A DNA stretch of 64,000 nucleotides from a virus (IMGVR_UViG_3300043409_001491:1-64000); one strand, 5' to 3'. Positions 9,124 to 19,463 are shown, numbered from the stretch's first letter. Translations and numbers: made by a program. Notes: a model not told the origin generated them from the letters alone.

Positions 9124-9288
9124 ATGGAAGATTTAACAGTTGAAGAAATAAAACAATTAGTTACGTTTTATAAGCAAAGAGCAACAGAGATGGAGTTTAA
9201 CTTGTTGCAATCACAGTTAAAACTTAATAGGGCTTTGTTTACAGAACCAGTACCAGAAAAAAATAATATTAGCAAAAAAAATAACTAA
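9124..9288 (+). CDS. Small coiled-coil protein
   Basis: MEDLTVEEIKQLVTFYKQ... fills the gap between genes. Confidence 0.6.
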   Translation: MEDLTVEEIKQLVTFYKQRATEMEFNLLQSQLKLNRALFTEPVPEKNNISKKNN

Positions 9289-9304
9289 ATAGTTAGGAGA
9301 AATC

Positions 9305-9721
9305 ATGGAGATTGCCTTAATTGTTGGCTTGACATTGGCCGTGTTTTCCTCTATACTTGTAGTCATAAGTAAAAAAGAAAAAAGATCTTTTAATAAAACG
9401 TTATATCGTCAAAGCGATATGCACAATATGTTAAAAGAGTTTTTCTTTAGAGATATTTTTGATAACAAAGATGTTTCTTCTCAATCTAAAATTTGGAAAG
9501 AGAAAAAAACAACTAAGTTTCTTATAATAGATCAAAAAGCATATTGGGTATCTAATAATATGTTCTATGTTGGTGATACGGACAATGGTCAGGTTAGACC
9601 AGAAACTGGAAGACCAATAGACATATCAACGATGTCTCCAAAAGAAGTAAACAAAATGTTATTCATCCTGGATAACTTAAATGGTGGGAGAAAAAATGAT
9701 AGTGGCGGTGCAAGGAACTAA
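9305..9721 (+). CDS. Membrane-anchored hypothetical protein
   Basis: AGGAG RBS and N-terminal TM helix. Confidence 0.75.
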   Translation: MEIALIVGLTLAVFSSILVVISKKEKRSFNKTLYRQSDMHNMLKEFFFRDIFDNKDVSSQSKIWKEKKTTKFLIIDQKAYWVSNNMFYVGDTDNGQVRPETGRPIDISTMSPKEVNKMLFILDNLNGGRKNDSGGARN

Positions 9722-10046
9722 CGAGTTTGATGACTATAACTTGTTTCTTCGTGCAATGAGCGTTGCATTATCAGGAATGAAAAATGATGAAAAGGACTTT
9801 ACAATTTATTCTGTTGGTCCTGCAAAAATTAATTCTTTTGTTTCAGAATTCTCAAACCTTTCAGAACGAGGCATGAAAGCCAGGGGTCGTAAGATAAAGT
9901 TTTATAAAGTTCCAGAATCTTGGGTTCAAGAAAATATGGAGCACATAAACTATTTTGCATTCTTAAGTAAACCAAAACAGTCTGTATCAAAATTAGTCCA
10001 TTCTGCAGAATTAAAAAATGTAGAAGTTGGAATATTCCGTTATTAA
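9696..10046 (+). CDS. Hypothetical protein (possible SLOG-like fold)
   Basis: MIVAVQGT..F.DY start resembles YspA/SLOG proteins; weak. Confidence 0.6.
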   Translation: MIVAVQGTNEFDDYNLFLRAMSVALSGMKNDEKDFTIYSVGPAKINSFVSEFSNLSERGMKARGRKIKFYKVPESWVQENMEHINYFAFLSKPKQSVSKLVHSAELKNVEVGIFRY

Positions 10047-10059
10047 TAGAAAGAGTATC

Positions 10060-10269
10060 ATGATAATTAATTCATTAGCACACATGGAAAAAATTGTTTC
10101 AAAGAATAAAGAACTAGCCTGGATAGGCTGGGATGTTGTGGAGCGTAAAAGATCAGATCTTGCCAGAACATCACCAAGCGGGGTACGTGTAAAAAATGCA
10201 TGGTACCTACAAAAAACCTTTAACCTTAATCGTAATGGTTGGGATATTCCAAACAAATACGGTCAGTAA
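10060..10269 (+). CDS. Hypothetical protein
   Basis: ORF in operon. Confidence 0.7.
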   Translation: MIINSLAHMEKIVSKNKELAWIGWDVVERKRSDLARTSPSGVRVKNAWYLQKTFNLNRNGWDIPNKYGQ

Positions 10270-10554
10270 ATGAAACAACATTTGTGGAAAGATGAAGCAG
10301 CCTGCCTTGGACTTGATACTAATATATTTTTTGATAAGTATGAAGAAGTTCTTGATGTCCGTCCAATTGTAGACTCAATGTGCCAACGATGCCCAGTAGC
10401 AAATATTTGTTTTGCCAACGGTGTTTCTGGCAAAGAGTATGGTGTTTGGGGTGGTGTATTCCTTGAACTGGGAAATATATCTAGAGAGTTTAACAAACAT
10501 AAAACAAAGCAGGACTGGGCCAATACCTGGCAGTCACTGACAATGGAGAAATAA
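10270..10554 (+). CDS. whiB: WhiB-family Fe-S transcription regulator
   Basis: Four Cys (AAC...CQRCPV...C) and the GVWGG turn. Confidence 0.92.
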   Translation: MKQHLWKDEAACLGLDTNIFFDKYEEVLDVRPIVDSMCQRCPVANICFANGVSGKEYGVWGGVFLELGNISREFNKHKTKQDWANTWQSLTMEK

Positions 10555-10607
10555 TATGTGGTCATTGGTAATTATTTATGTTAAATCATTTATCTATTGG
10601 AGGAAAG

Positions 10608-11315
10608 ATGTCAATTAATGTATATTGGGCGTGTGCAGAAAAAGAATGGGCTCGTGCAGAAAAACCAGTTAGCATATCTAAAAGGTTTTATGATTTACAT
10701 AAGTTTGATCCATCAGAAAAGTCTACACCCATAAAGTGTCCAGCAGTAGTTCCAGAGTTAAATAACCTGTTTGGATTAAAGTCTTTATATACTTATGAAT
10801 TTTCAATAAAAAACGATAAAGTTGACTCTACATTATACGATCAAGAGTTTTATGATAAACATGTAATTATAAGAGATTTAGAGAAAAAATTGTTTTCTTT
10901 CACACAAAATTACATATTATTTACTGATAAAGAAAGTTTAGAAGTAACAGTGCAGATACCTCCATATTTTGAAAACAGTGATTTATCAAAAAATACATTT
11001 TCTTTGCCTGGGACTATGGATATAGGAAAGTGGTTCAGAAAGTTAGATCATAGTTTTTATTTAAAAGATAATGTTAATTCTTTTAACATTAAAGAAGGAG
11101 ATATATTTTATTATATAAAGTTTCATACAGATGAAAAAATTAACTTTAAACAGTTTATGGTAACAGATAAAATAAATACTTTTCATGATCACTTAACAAG
11201 TTCAACAGTAAACAGAAGTTTAAAGCATAGGAAGTTAAACGAGTTCTACCAAGCCTTTAGGTATAAAGACAAAGTATTAAAAGAAATTAAGGATAACCTA
11301 CTAGATGATAGATAA
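10608..11315 (+). CDS. Hypothetical protein, distant paralogue of 12951..13703
   Basis: K.CP, PG.xD and I..G motifs are shared with the 12951 ORF; GGAGG RBS. Confidence 0.7.
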   Translation: MSINVYWACAEKEWARAEKPVSISKRFYDLHKFDPSEKSTPIKCPAVVPELNNLFGLKSLYTYEFSIKNDKVDSTLYDQEFYDKHVIIRDLEKKLFSFTQNYILFTDKESLEVTVQIPPYFENSDLSKNTFSLPGTMDIGKWFRKLDHSFYLKDNVNSFNIKEGDIFYYIKFHTDEKINFKQFMVTDKINTFHDHLTSSTVNRSLKHRKLNEFYQAFRYKDKVLKEIKDNLLDDR

Positions 11316-11345
11316 ATGTTAAGATTGGCTTGGTTTTAAAATATT

Positions 11346-11576
11346 ATGTACACAGATCAAATGCGTAGAGCATTTCATTCTATTATTCCTCCAAAAGGAT
11401 TTAACATAGAGTTGATTGATAATGAACATTTTTTAACAATTAAACTAGATGAATATGTATTTGCAAGAATGGTTCATGATGATAAAATACAGGCATTGCA
11501 GTATGTGCTAAATGCAAAAAAAGCATTAGAAATGGAAGGCGCAATAGTGTTAGTTACAAGAGAGGCTATTAAATGA
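11346..11576 (+). CDS. Hypothetical protein
   Basis: ORF coupled to the downstream gene. Confidence 0.7.
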   Translation: MYTDQMRRAFHSIIPPKGFNIELIDNEHFLTIKLDEYVFARMVHDDKIQALQYVLNAKKALEMEGAIVLVTREAIK

Positions 11577-12493
11577 CAATATTTATATCTATAGCATCTT
11601 TCCGTGATCCAGAACTTCTCTACACTATTAAGAGCGCTATTGACAACGCAAGCAATCCAGAGAACCTACACTTTGGTGTTGTTTATCAGGGCCTGCCATT
11701 AGAAATGCCAAACTTTGACTCAGTTCCAAACCTATCTCTTGTAACTATGCACTCTAAAGAAGCCAGAGGTGCGGGGTATGCAAGAGCAAAGGCCATGGAA
11801 CTATACAACAACCAAGACTATTTCCTTCAAATTGACTCACATACAAGGTTTGCAAAAGACTGGGACACTATATGTATTGATCAACTAGAAAGGGCTAAGA
11901 ATATTTCTGGTCATTCTTCAGTTATTCTTTCATATTTTCCTGCTCCATATGAGCCAGAAAGTAATGGCGGTATGCATTTAATTAAAAAACATCCAAAGAT
12001 AAAGTCATACCCAACTAGACAAAAGATAGCATTAAACAGAAAAAATCAATGGACTGCAGAAAGACTTGAGTTTATAAATAGAGTAAAAGAAGATCCAGAA
12101 ATATCAGAGACTGTCCTTGGTGGTTTTATGTTTTCTTATGGAGCAATGGTTGGTGAACTTCCATACGATCCAGACTTAAGTTTCTTTGGTGAAGAGATTT
12201 GTTTTGCTATGAGGGCTTGGACTAGAGGCTGGGATATTTATTCCCCTGCCAAAAATATTGTTTATCATTTTTATTCTCGTGGTGGGTACTATAAGATCTG
12301 GGGAGATAGAAATCTAAGAGGCTTATCTTGGAAAGAGTTAGAAGAAATATCATACAAGAAACAAAGAAAAATCCTTTGTGGTGAAGAAGAGGGAATCTTC
12401 GGTGCTGGAAACGTTAGAACCCTTGCAGAGTATGAGATCTTTACTAATACTAACTTTAAAGATTTTTATAGTTTGACAAACCCACGGCATTAG
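11573..12493 (+). CDS. GT60-like (Skp1-hydroxyproline Gnt1-type) GlcNAc transferase
   Basis: IFISIASFRDPEL, ARGAGYAR, LQIDSHTRF..WD, FFGEE and RAWTRGWD motifs. Confidence 0.82.
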   Translation: MTIFISIASFRDPELLYTIKSAIDNASNPENLHFGVVYQGLPLEMPNFDSVPNLSLVTMHSKEARGAGYARAKAMELYNNQDYFLQIDSHTRFAKDWDTICIDQLERAKNISGHSSVILSYFPAPYEPESNGGMHLIKKHPKIKSYPTRQKIALNRKNQWTAERLEFINRVKEDPEISETVLGGFMFSYGAMVGELPYDPDLSFFGEEICFAMRAWTRGWDIYSPAKNIVYHFYSRGGYYKIWGDRNLRGLSWKELEEISYKKQRKILCGEEEGIFGAGNVRTLAEYEIFTNTNFKDFYSLTNPRH

Positions 12494-12507
12494 GATATAC
12501 TTAAAAC

Positions 12508-12951
12508 ATGTGGACTGGGGATATGAAAGACATTTTTATTATTGTTTTTGCAACACTGTCAATTTGCTTTGCAGTGTCATATTTGTTAGTGTTAAGACAA
12601 TCCGTTAAACTTAAAAAAGACATTGCAAGATTGTTTATTGAAAATACTTTGCTTCAAGAATATGTTGATCTAACAAAATCTATAAAAACAAAAGAAGACT
12701 CAGATGAATCAATACATAAAGAAAACTTTATTAAATTTCTTTCTGACTCACGAGACTGGGCATTTTTATATATTGAGAATGTACAAAAAGGATTAACTAA
12801 GTTTGTTAATGATGTTGATGCAGATGTATCACACTTTGATGAATATGGAGAAGCACTATCTATGTCAAGGCCTGACTATCCATCTATGAAAAATATTTCA
12901 AAAGCATATAAAGAATTAAAAACACTACTACCAGAGGATGAATTAAAATAA
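12508..12951 (+). CDS. Membrane-anchored hypothetical protein
   Basis: TTGACA/TATACT promoter and N-terminal TM helix. Confidence 0.75.
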   Translation: MWTGDMKDIFIIVFATLSICFAVSYLLVLRQSVKLKKDIARLFIENTLLQEYVDLTKSIKTKEDSDESIHKENFIKFLSDSRDWAFLYIENVQKGLTKFVNDVDADVSHFDEYGEALSMSRPDYPSMKNISKAYKELKTLLPEDELK

Positions 12952-13703
12952 TGAACAATAAACTTAAAGTAAATTTTATGTTAAATAAAAATAAAACTCC
13001 AGAGGTTAATTTTGTAACAAACATATTTGGTTTAAATTTGCTAGAAGACTGTGTTCCAAAACCAGCAAAAGAATATATTCCTCAATGGTGGAAGGATACT
13101 CCAACAATAAAAACAGAAAAACATTGGGGTGGTTCAAATCATGGCAATATGAAAGTTTGTCCATCATTTTCTGATTATTTTACAAAGGGATATATTGTGC
13201 CAATGTGGGTTGATTCTCATCTTTATTATGATTCAAGCACTGGAGAAGGCAAATGGGTAACAGCAGATGGAAATTTTATTTGGGAAAGTCATTCAAATGA
13301 GCAATATTTAGATTACGTTGATCATAAATTTTTAAATAAAGAATCATTTTTTGTTTTTAAGATAAAGTTACCTTGGTTTATTTTTACAACAAAAGGATAT
13401 TCTTTATATCAACTACCAACATTTTTTCATTTTAACGAAGACTTTTCAGTAGTTCCTGGAGTTAGAGATACAGATGTTTATCATGAAATGAATGTTCAAA
13501 TTTTAATCCATAGTGATAAAAAAGAAATTTTTATACCAAGAGGAACACCGTTGGCACAGTATATTCCTTTTAAGAGGGAAAAAACTAATTATGATGTTAG
13601 AGAAGCCACTCAAAAAGACTTATCAAAAATATCTGCACATAACCTAAATTTATCAACAAAGTTTGTAAAGTTAAGTTCTTATTTAAAAGATAGAAAAAAA
13701 TAA
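12951..13703 (+). CDS. Hypothetical protein
   Basis: PKPAK..IPQWWK, KVCP and GTPLAQYIPFKR. Confidence 0.75.
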   Translation: MNNKLKVNFMLNKNKTPEVNFVTNIFGLNLLEDCVPKPAKEYIPQWWKDTPTIKTEKHWGGSNHGNMKVCPSFSDYFTKGYIVPMWVDSHLYYDSSTGEGKWVTADGNFIWESHSNEQYLDYVDHKFLNKESFFVFKIKLPWFIFTTKGYSLYQLPTFFHFNEDFSVVPGVRDTDVYHEMNVQILIHSDKKEIFIPRGTPLAQYIPFKREKTNYDVREATQKDLSKISAHNLNLSTKFVKLSSYLKDRKK

Positions 13704-13861
13704 TGAAAGATATATTATTGTCAATACTAACAGGTTTTGGATGTGGCGTAGTCTTTGCTGCATTCAAATTGCCAGTACCAGCACCACCAGTTTTTGCGGG
13801 AGTCGCAGGAATTGTAGGGCTATGGGCTGGATATGCTATACTAATTAAGGTTCTATCCTAG
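13703..13861 (+). CDS. XapX/DUF1427-like small membrane protein
   Basis: Translates MKDILLSILTGFGCGVVFAAFKLPVPAPPVFAGVAGIVG...; not in the ORF track. Confidence 0.75.
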   Translation: MKDILLSILTGFGCGVVFAAFKLPVPAPPVFAGVAGIVGLWAGYAILIKVLS

Positions 13862-13869
13862 GAGGAAAC

Positions 13870-14145
13870 ATGAACACAGAACAACTAAAGGCACTACTTG
13901 CATCATACGGACGTTCAGTCCTTGCATCAGGCCTTGCACTATATATGGCAGGAGTGACGGATCCAAAGGATCTGTGGACTGCCCTTGTTGCAGCAATCGC
14001 ACCCGTAGCAATTAGAGCAATCAATCCTAACGACAAGGCTTTTGGTCTATTGCCAGATGCTAAGGCCGTAGAGATGGCTCTGAAGGCTGCTAAGGCACCT
14101 GCAAAGAAGAAGGCACCAGCCAAGAAAGCAGCGCCAAAGAAGTAA
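13870..14145 (+). CDS. Holin-like membrane protein with a histone-like Lys/Ala tail
   Basis: Two TM segments, RAINPND.AFG and a KKAPAKK tail; GGAGG RBS. Confidence 0.7.
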   Translation: MNTEQLKALLASYGRSVLASGLALYMAGVTDPKDLWTALVAAIAPVAIRAINPNDKAFGLLPDAKAVEMALKAAKAPAKKKAPAKKAAPKK

Positions 14146-14162
14146 TATTTACTTACAGAATT

Positions 14163-14190
14163 GCCAGTCTAGAAATAGGCTGGCTTTTTT
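14163..14190 (+). terminator. Intrinsic terminator between convergent operons
   Basis: GCCAGTCTA-GAAA-TAGGCTGGC followed by a T run. Confidence 0.85.
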
Positions 14191-14193
14191 GTT

Positions 14194-15225
14194 TTATGAG
14201 TTAATAATGTCTATATATTTTTCTTTTAATGACTCTCTTGAAAAATGTTCAAACCCTAAATTAAATGCTTTTGTTTTCATTGCTTCTTTATTACTAATAA
14301 TATAGTTATCAATAAGTTCAGCAAGCGATTTAGGATTAACTGACCAAACATTTACAGTTGCTTTTGCCTTAAACTTATCAATTAACTCAGCCTCCAGTGT
14401 CCATTCATCTGGCAATACCGTTGTGTTTGGAGAAACTCTGGGCATAAATACTGGTAGACCACTCATCAATGCCTCATTCATTGGTAAACATAAACCAGCA
14501 TATCTTCTAGGCAATACCATTGCATCATAGCCAAAGTACAGATCTTGCTTGTTTGCAACGTTATCAGTTTCTATAATAATTCTTTCATCTGTTGATTTAA
14601 TCTCTAAAGGTGTTTGTGTTTTAATAACTAACTTATAATCTTCCTTTGAATATTCAAGCATCTTAATAACGGTTTCTGTACCGTTGCGATCTTTAACGGC
14701 TGCCTTGCCAGCAACATGCAGAATCCTGTTATGGTCTTGTGCATTTATACTTCTTACATCTTTAAATAACTCTGCGTCAGTTGGTGGCGGTAGATGAATA
14801 ACCTCACATATATCACCATACAGTCTTCTAATATCATCTATATGCCAAGTACTTGGAGCCAATAATACATCTGGTAATGACCAGTCTGGATGTTGTAGGT
14901 TACCTAAAAATTCATAGTTATATTGAAGGATGGTTTTTATACCAGCCATTCTAGCCATATCAATAAACTGTTGTGAGTAAAAGGTTTCACAACTAATAAC
15001 AACGTCAAGGTTTCGTAAAAATTCTTTTATTTCCCCATGTCTAGGAAAACCTCTGTCTGTTGTAATGCAGTCATAACCTGCATACCACTCTGGATGCTGT
15101 TTGTTTTGATTAAAAAAACTTGAGTTAATTAATAAAATTTTGTCAGGGTTTAGCATGTTTACTAGTTCTCTGGTTTGATTACCCAGGCCAGTGTTGTCAG
15201 ATCTTGCTATGATTCCTAATCTCAT
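14194..15225 (-). CDS. GT-B (GT4-like) glycosyltransferase
   Basis: LPRRYAGLCLPMNEALMSGLPV motif. Confidence 0.85.
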   Translation of the reverse strand: MRLGIIARSDNTGLGNQTRELVNMLNPDKILLINSSFFNQNKQHPEWYAGYDCITTDRGFPRHGEIKEFLRNLDVVISCETFYSQQFIDMARMAGIKTILQYNYEFLGNLQHPDWSLPDVLLAPSTWHIDDIRRLYGDICEVIHLPPPTDAELFKDVRSINAQDHNRILHVAGKAAVKDRNGTETVIKMLEYSKEDYKLVIKTQTPLEIKSTDERIIIETDNVANKQDLYFGYDAMVLPRRYAGLCLPMNEALMSGLPVFMPRVSPNTTVLPDEWTLEAELIDKFKAKATVNVWSVNPKSLAELIDNYIISNKEAMKTKAFNLGFEHFSRESLKEKYIDIINS

Positions 15226-15980
15226 TCTTTATATCCCCAAAAATTATCATCTGTCGTAAATTTTTTATGACCATCACGACCATCTAAATGGTAAGATCTT
15301 TTAATGTTTATATCAGGATGATAGATCCATAACTTATGCATATTCCAGCCATCTTCGTTAAAAATATCATATGGCAAAATATCATCTTGAACCTTGCCGT
15401 GAAAAGTGTCTTCTATAAAAAAGAATTTGTCACATGATGGCAAGACAACATCTCTATAATAACTTTTGGTTGTTAGGTGTGGACGTTGGCTCCATTGAGC
15501 AGTCTTTAAAAACCCATCCTCTAAATCAAACATTAAATGTTCGTGAGGTTCTGGAATAAAGGCCTCAAAGTGAAAACGAATAGTATTTGCTTTGCCATAC
15601 TCAATCATGTCTAAACATTTTTCCCAATCAATAGGATCAGTTGTAAGAGGAGCATCTCCTTCAATATAAAGAAGCAATGATGTTTTTATTTCTGGCATTG
15701 TTAGTCGCATCATTCCTGTTTGGTGGATATGACTTTCAAAAACCATTGGCAGAACATTTTTATATTCATGTAAGCATTTCCATAAAATACGATTTTTATA
15801 TTCATCATAGCCTGACTTGCGGTGACTTTGTTCTCTTCTTAATCCATCAATCTGCATAATTATTTCATTATCTGGAAAATGAAATCTAATAGACTTAATT
15901 GTTTCATCTATGATATCTGTATTAGGATGAGATGGCAAAACAGAAGTTACCAAAACAATAGTTATATCTCTTTTATGCAT
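15222..15980 (-). CDS. GT-A-like glycosyltransferase
   Basis: N-terminal Rossmann-like strand and LLYIEGD (DxD-like); operon context. Confidence 0.6.
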   Translation of the reverse strand: MHKRDITIVLVTSVLPSHPNTDIIDETIKSIRFHFPDNEIIMQIDGLRREQSHRKSGYDEYKNRILWKCLHEYKNVLPMVFESHIHQTGMMRLTMPEIKTSLLLYIEGDAPLTTDPIDWEKCLDMIEYGKANTIRFHFEAFIPEPHEHLMFDLEDGFLKTAQWSQRPHLTTKSYYRDVVLPSCDKFFFIEDTFHGKVQDDILPYDIFNEDGWNMHKLWIYHPDINIKRSYHLDGRDGHKKFTTDDNFWGYKE

Positions 15981-16827
15981 TTAGTTGCTCCATTATCTTA
16001 ATACCCAGATCTCTTTTATATTTAATCCACCAACCAACAACCCTGTGCATGTTATTTGGATAGTTGTCTAGTAACTCTGGAAGAAGTTTTTCAATATTAT
16101 TCCAATTATCTACAGATTCAACAGGAAACTCAGGACCAAACATTTTTTTATAAAACTTTGTTTCTGTCATGCTTGGATCTAGTTTATCTGCAATCGGAAG
16201 GGTCAACAACTCTATTGATTCAAAGAATCTAAATGTATCTATCACTGCAGCACCAGATGGGCATGGAGCAATCTTTGCACTTGAGAGTTTAGCGTAGTAA
16301 TCTTTTGGTTTATCTCCCAGAGAGAACCCTCTTGTTGGCCCATAGAGTGAATTTTTTAGGATTGGCATAACCAATGCTAACTCTTTTCTTCTTGAGTGCG
16401 TTATCTGTCCACCAAAGTACACATCATATTCTTTTTCTTTATATTCTGGAGCGTTGTCCTTTAGGTGTTGTGGAACTCCAATTGGCATCTTGTTATATTG
16501 ATCATGCTTTTCATGAGGGTATTGAATCCATATCTCAATATTATTATGTCTAATTTTACTTACATCAAACCTAGCATTCTCATCTCCATTAATAAATAAA
16601 ACAACTCTAGAAAGTTTATTTAATTCATTAGATAGTTTATCTTCATTACCAGCAGTCTGTGGTCCAGGGATTACAACAAAGGCTTTATCTCCTTTTGGAA
16701 TTTCTGTAACCCTTATTTGATCTACTTCATGCTTATCAAATATTTCTTTTAATAATCCATAATCCCATTTGTCATTTGCATAATCTTGTCCATCATGAGA
16801 ATATAAGTATGCGCTATATTGATTCAT
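15973..16827 (-). CDS. Exostosin/GT47-like glycosyltransferase
   Basis: YDVYFGG, SAKIAPCPSG..DTFRFFES. Confidence 0.7.
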   Translation of the reverse strand: MNQYSAYLYSHDGQDYANDKWDYGLLKEIFDKHEVDQIRVTEIPKGDKAFVVIPGPQTAGNEDKLSNELNKLSRVVLFINGDENARFDVSKIRHNNIEIWIQYPHEKHDQYNKMPIGVPQHLKDNAPEYKEKEYDVYFGGQITHSRRKELALVMPILKNSLYGPTRGFSLGDKPKDYYAKLSSAKIAPCPSGAAVIDTFRFFESIELLTLPIADKLDPSMTETKFYKKMFGPEFPVESVDNWNNIEKLLPELLDNYPNNMHRVVGWWIKYKRDLGIKIMEQLNA

Positions 16828-17527
16828 AGTATAAATGAACCTCATGCTGATAGTCTAAAATTATTTCAGTGTATCCTAATCCTTTTATCCATTGTCTAAG
16901 ATTATATAAAGATTCATTCCATTGCTGTAGCATAAACTCAGGGTGTCCAGATAACCAAATCTTTGGTTTGTGCTCTCTAAGCACCCTCTCAGCCCCTCCT
17001 AGGACCCTCCACTCACTACCCTCTACGTCCAAGGAAATGGCGGTAGGGGCTTTAATACCATGATCATATACACAAGAGTCTATAGTAATCTGACCATAGG
17101 TTTCTCCTTCAAGGTATAGTTCTTTAAACCCGTGGGCTGCTTCAATTACATCGTTAACTTCTGGTGGCCATTCATCGTAATATATTCTTGAAAGACTGTT
17201 TATCTTATCAGATGCAAATCCAGGAATACAAACCATTGGAAGATCTAAATTATTTGCACTCCAGAGTAGTGGAAAGTGTGACCAGACTTTGGGGTTTGGC
17301 TCAAATACAACTACTTCCGCACCCCACATTTGACATAGTGCAGCAAACTCGCCCTCTTCTGCACCAACATAATACATAACATCTCCAGAAGAAATATTTT
17401 CAGACATGTGTTTTAGTCTTGGCTTTTCCCAACCATGTGGTTGATACCAATCAGGACGTGCAGCACGATGCTCTGGCAAAGTAATCTCAAACTCACCATT
17501 AATTATTACTTTTCTCATCTCTGTCAT
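16814..17527 (-). CDS. FkbM-family methyltransferase
   Basis: VGAEEG, FEPNP and LDVEGSEWRVLGG. Confidence 0.85.
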   Translation of the reverse strand: MTEMRKVIINGEFEITLPEHRAARPDWYQPHGWEKPRLKHMSENISSGDVMYYVGAEEGEFAALCQMWGAEVVVFEPNPKVWSHFPLLWSANNLDLPMVCIPGFASDKINSLSRIYYDEWPPEVNDVIEAAHGFKELYLEGETYGQITIDSCVYDHGIKAPTAISLDVEGSEWRVLGGAERVLREHKPKIWLSGHPEFMLQQWNESLYNLRQWIKGLGYTEIILDYQHEVHLYYESI

Positions 17528-18408
17528 TTCTGCAACCATTCTATTAATGATACCTTTGGTGTCCATCCAGTTAAACCTTTAAACTTTTCATTAGACGCAA
17601 GAGTTTCTTGTACTTCCCCAATTCTTGACGGGATAAACTTAACATCATTTGAAATCATATTAGCAATATCAATTATAGAATAGTTACTTCCATACCCAAT
17701 GTTATACACCTCACCAAAACCATGAGTTACTTCAGATGCAAGGATGTTTGCTTCTATTACATCAGATATATGTGTAAAGTCTCTGCGCTGAGATCCATCT
17801 CCAACAACTGTTAGCGGTTTGCCTTCATGGTATTGTTTTAAAAACAGTCCTATTACTGGTGCATACTGCCCTTTTAGTGGCTGTCTATCTCCATAAACAT
17901 TGAAGTATCTAAGTGATATAGTCTCAAGACCATAAAGATTATAATAAACTTTTGCAAGGTTTTCACCAAAGACTTTTGCAGCAGAGTATGGTGTTAGTGG
18001 GTCAGATGGTTGTGTTTCTATGTTTGGAAGTATTGCTTTCTTACCATAGGCAGATGATGTACTAGAATAAACAAACTTCTTTACTTTTGCTAAGCGAGAT
18101 AGTTCTAATACATTGGCAGTTCCCACTGCGTTAGACTCAATAGATTTTCTAGGGTTTAGTATTGCTGGTTGAATTCTTGCATCAGATGCAATATGAAATA
18201 CATAGTCAATTCCATTAAACAAATGTTCTATCTTGTTATAGTCACATATATCATATTTATAATTATTTGCTTTTGGGTTCCAGTAAAATTGCTCATGACA
18301 CTCTGCTGACTCATTATCTATACAGATAACATTATGACCAAGGTCTATAAGTTTATCAACAAGATTAGATCCAATGAAGCCTGCTCCTCCAGTTACTAAA
18401 CAATTCAT
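17524..18408 (-). CDS. NAD-dependent nucleotide-sugar epimerase/dehydratase
   Basis: TGGAGFIG, YSAAK, RYFNVYG and GDGSQRRDF. Confidence 0.93.
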   Translation of the reverse strand: MNCLVTGGAGFIGSNLVDKLIDLGHNVICIDNESAECHEQFYWNPKANNYKYDICDYNKIEHLFNGIDYVFHIASDARIQPAILNPRKSIESNAVGTANVLELSRLAKVKKFVYSSTSSAYGKKAILPNIETQPSDPLTPYSAAKVFGENLAKVYYNLYGLETISLRYFNVYGDRQPLKGQYAPVIGLFLKQYHEGKPLTVVGDGSQRRDFTHISDVIEANILASEVTHGFGEVYNIGYGSNYSIIDIANMISNDVKFIPSRIGEVQETLASNEKFKGLTGWTPKVSLIEWLQK

Positions 18409-19361
18409 TTAATACCCAACTCTTCTAAGATTGCAGTCCATCTATGGACATAGGTATGTTCTTTCTTTGTACGGTTGTGACCGTTGACTCTGATTCTTTC
18501 TCGTACCAAAGAGTTTTCAAGATACTGATCTATCTTATCTCTTAAGTCATTAAAGTTTCCATGCTTATAAAATACAACTTCATCAGGCATAAAGTATTCA
18601 TCTAATCCCTTAATTTCTGGGTAGATGGTAAAACCACCACGTCCAGTAGACTCAAACAATCTATCACTAGTGTAGTAAGGATAATCAAATCCTATGTTAA
18701 GACTATCTCCAACTGCAATCTTGCTCTTAGCATAGATGCGATTTAGTGCATCACCACGAATAGTTCCAGTGTCGCCATCTCCACCAACGTGAAGGAATCG
18801 TTTGCCGTATGTCTTTCTTAAGAAGTCAATTAGTTCTGGGCGATACTTATGTTCATGGTGATATCTTCTACTGCCAACAAAAATAACATCGTACTCAAAG
18901 TTTTGTGTGTCATAGTCTGGGTGGATGTAACATTCTTTATCATATACCCCTGCAGGCATGAAGTGGCCTTTTACGGCGGTATTGTGATCAAACCAATCAG
19001 CCATAAGTTTATCTACAGTAAAGAAATGACCAATAGTTCTATAGAAACTGTCATGCTTAAGATCATTTTGTCTATCAAGGCCAAACCATAAATCTAAATG
19101 ATATGTCATAGTAGGAACACCAGCAGATTTAAGTTTATTAAGAACGTCATCCATTGAGATGTTTCCACCAGTTTCCCAGCCATGTGTGTGCACCCAGATA
19201 AACAGATCAGACTCTAATGCTTTTTCTAGGATAGTTTGGGTCTTGGCCTTACGCTCCTGCAATTTTGTGACGGTATTGCCTAAAGACTCTAGACTACTAG
19301 CATGATGATTCTCACTGCTATAAGACACTTCAAAATTGCCAAGAAAAACTATATTAGCCAA
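18405..19361 (-). CDS. CgeB-like (Glyco_trans_1_2) glycosyltransferase
   Basis: YDVIFVG, YAKSKI and SDRLFE..GRGG. Confidence 0.8.
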   Translation of the reverse strand: MANIVFLGNFEVSYSSENHHASSLESLGNTVTKLQERKAKTQTILEKALESDLFIWVHTHGWETGGNISMDDVLNKLKSAGVPTMTYHLDLWFGLDRQNDLKHDSFYRTIGHFFTVDKLMADWFDHNTAVKGHFMPAGVYDKECYIHPDYDTQNFEYDVIFVGSRRYHHEHKYRPELIDFLRKTYGKRFLHVGGDGDTGTIRGDALNRIYAKSKIAVGDSLNIGFDYPYYTSDRLFESTGRGGFTIYPEIKGLDEYFMPDEVVFYKHGNFNDLRDKIDQYLENSLVRERIRVNGHNRTKKEHTYVHRWTAILEELGIK

Positions 19362-19389
19362 GACTACCCCTTTTGTTTTATCTATTATA

Positions 19390-19463
19390 GCACCTCTGGC
19401 AAGAATTGAACTTGCGACACCAGGCTTAGAAGTCCTGTGTTCTATCCACTGAACTACAGAGGT
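19390..19463 (-). tRNA. tRNA-Arg(TCT)
   Basis: Reverse complement ACCTCTGTAGTTCAGTGGATAGAAC...CTTCTAA...GTTCAATTC. Confidence 0.9.
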
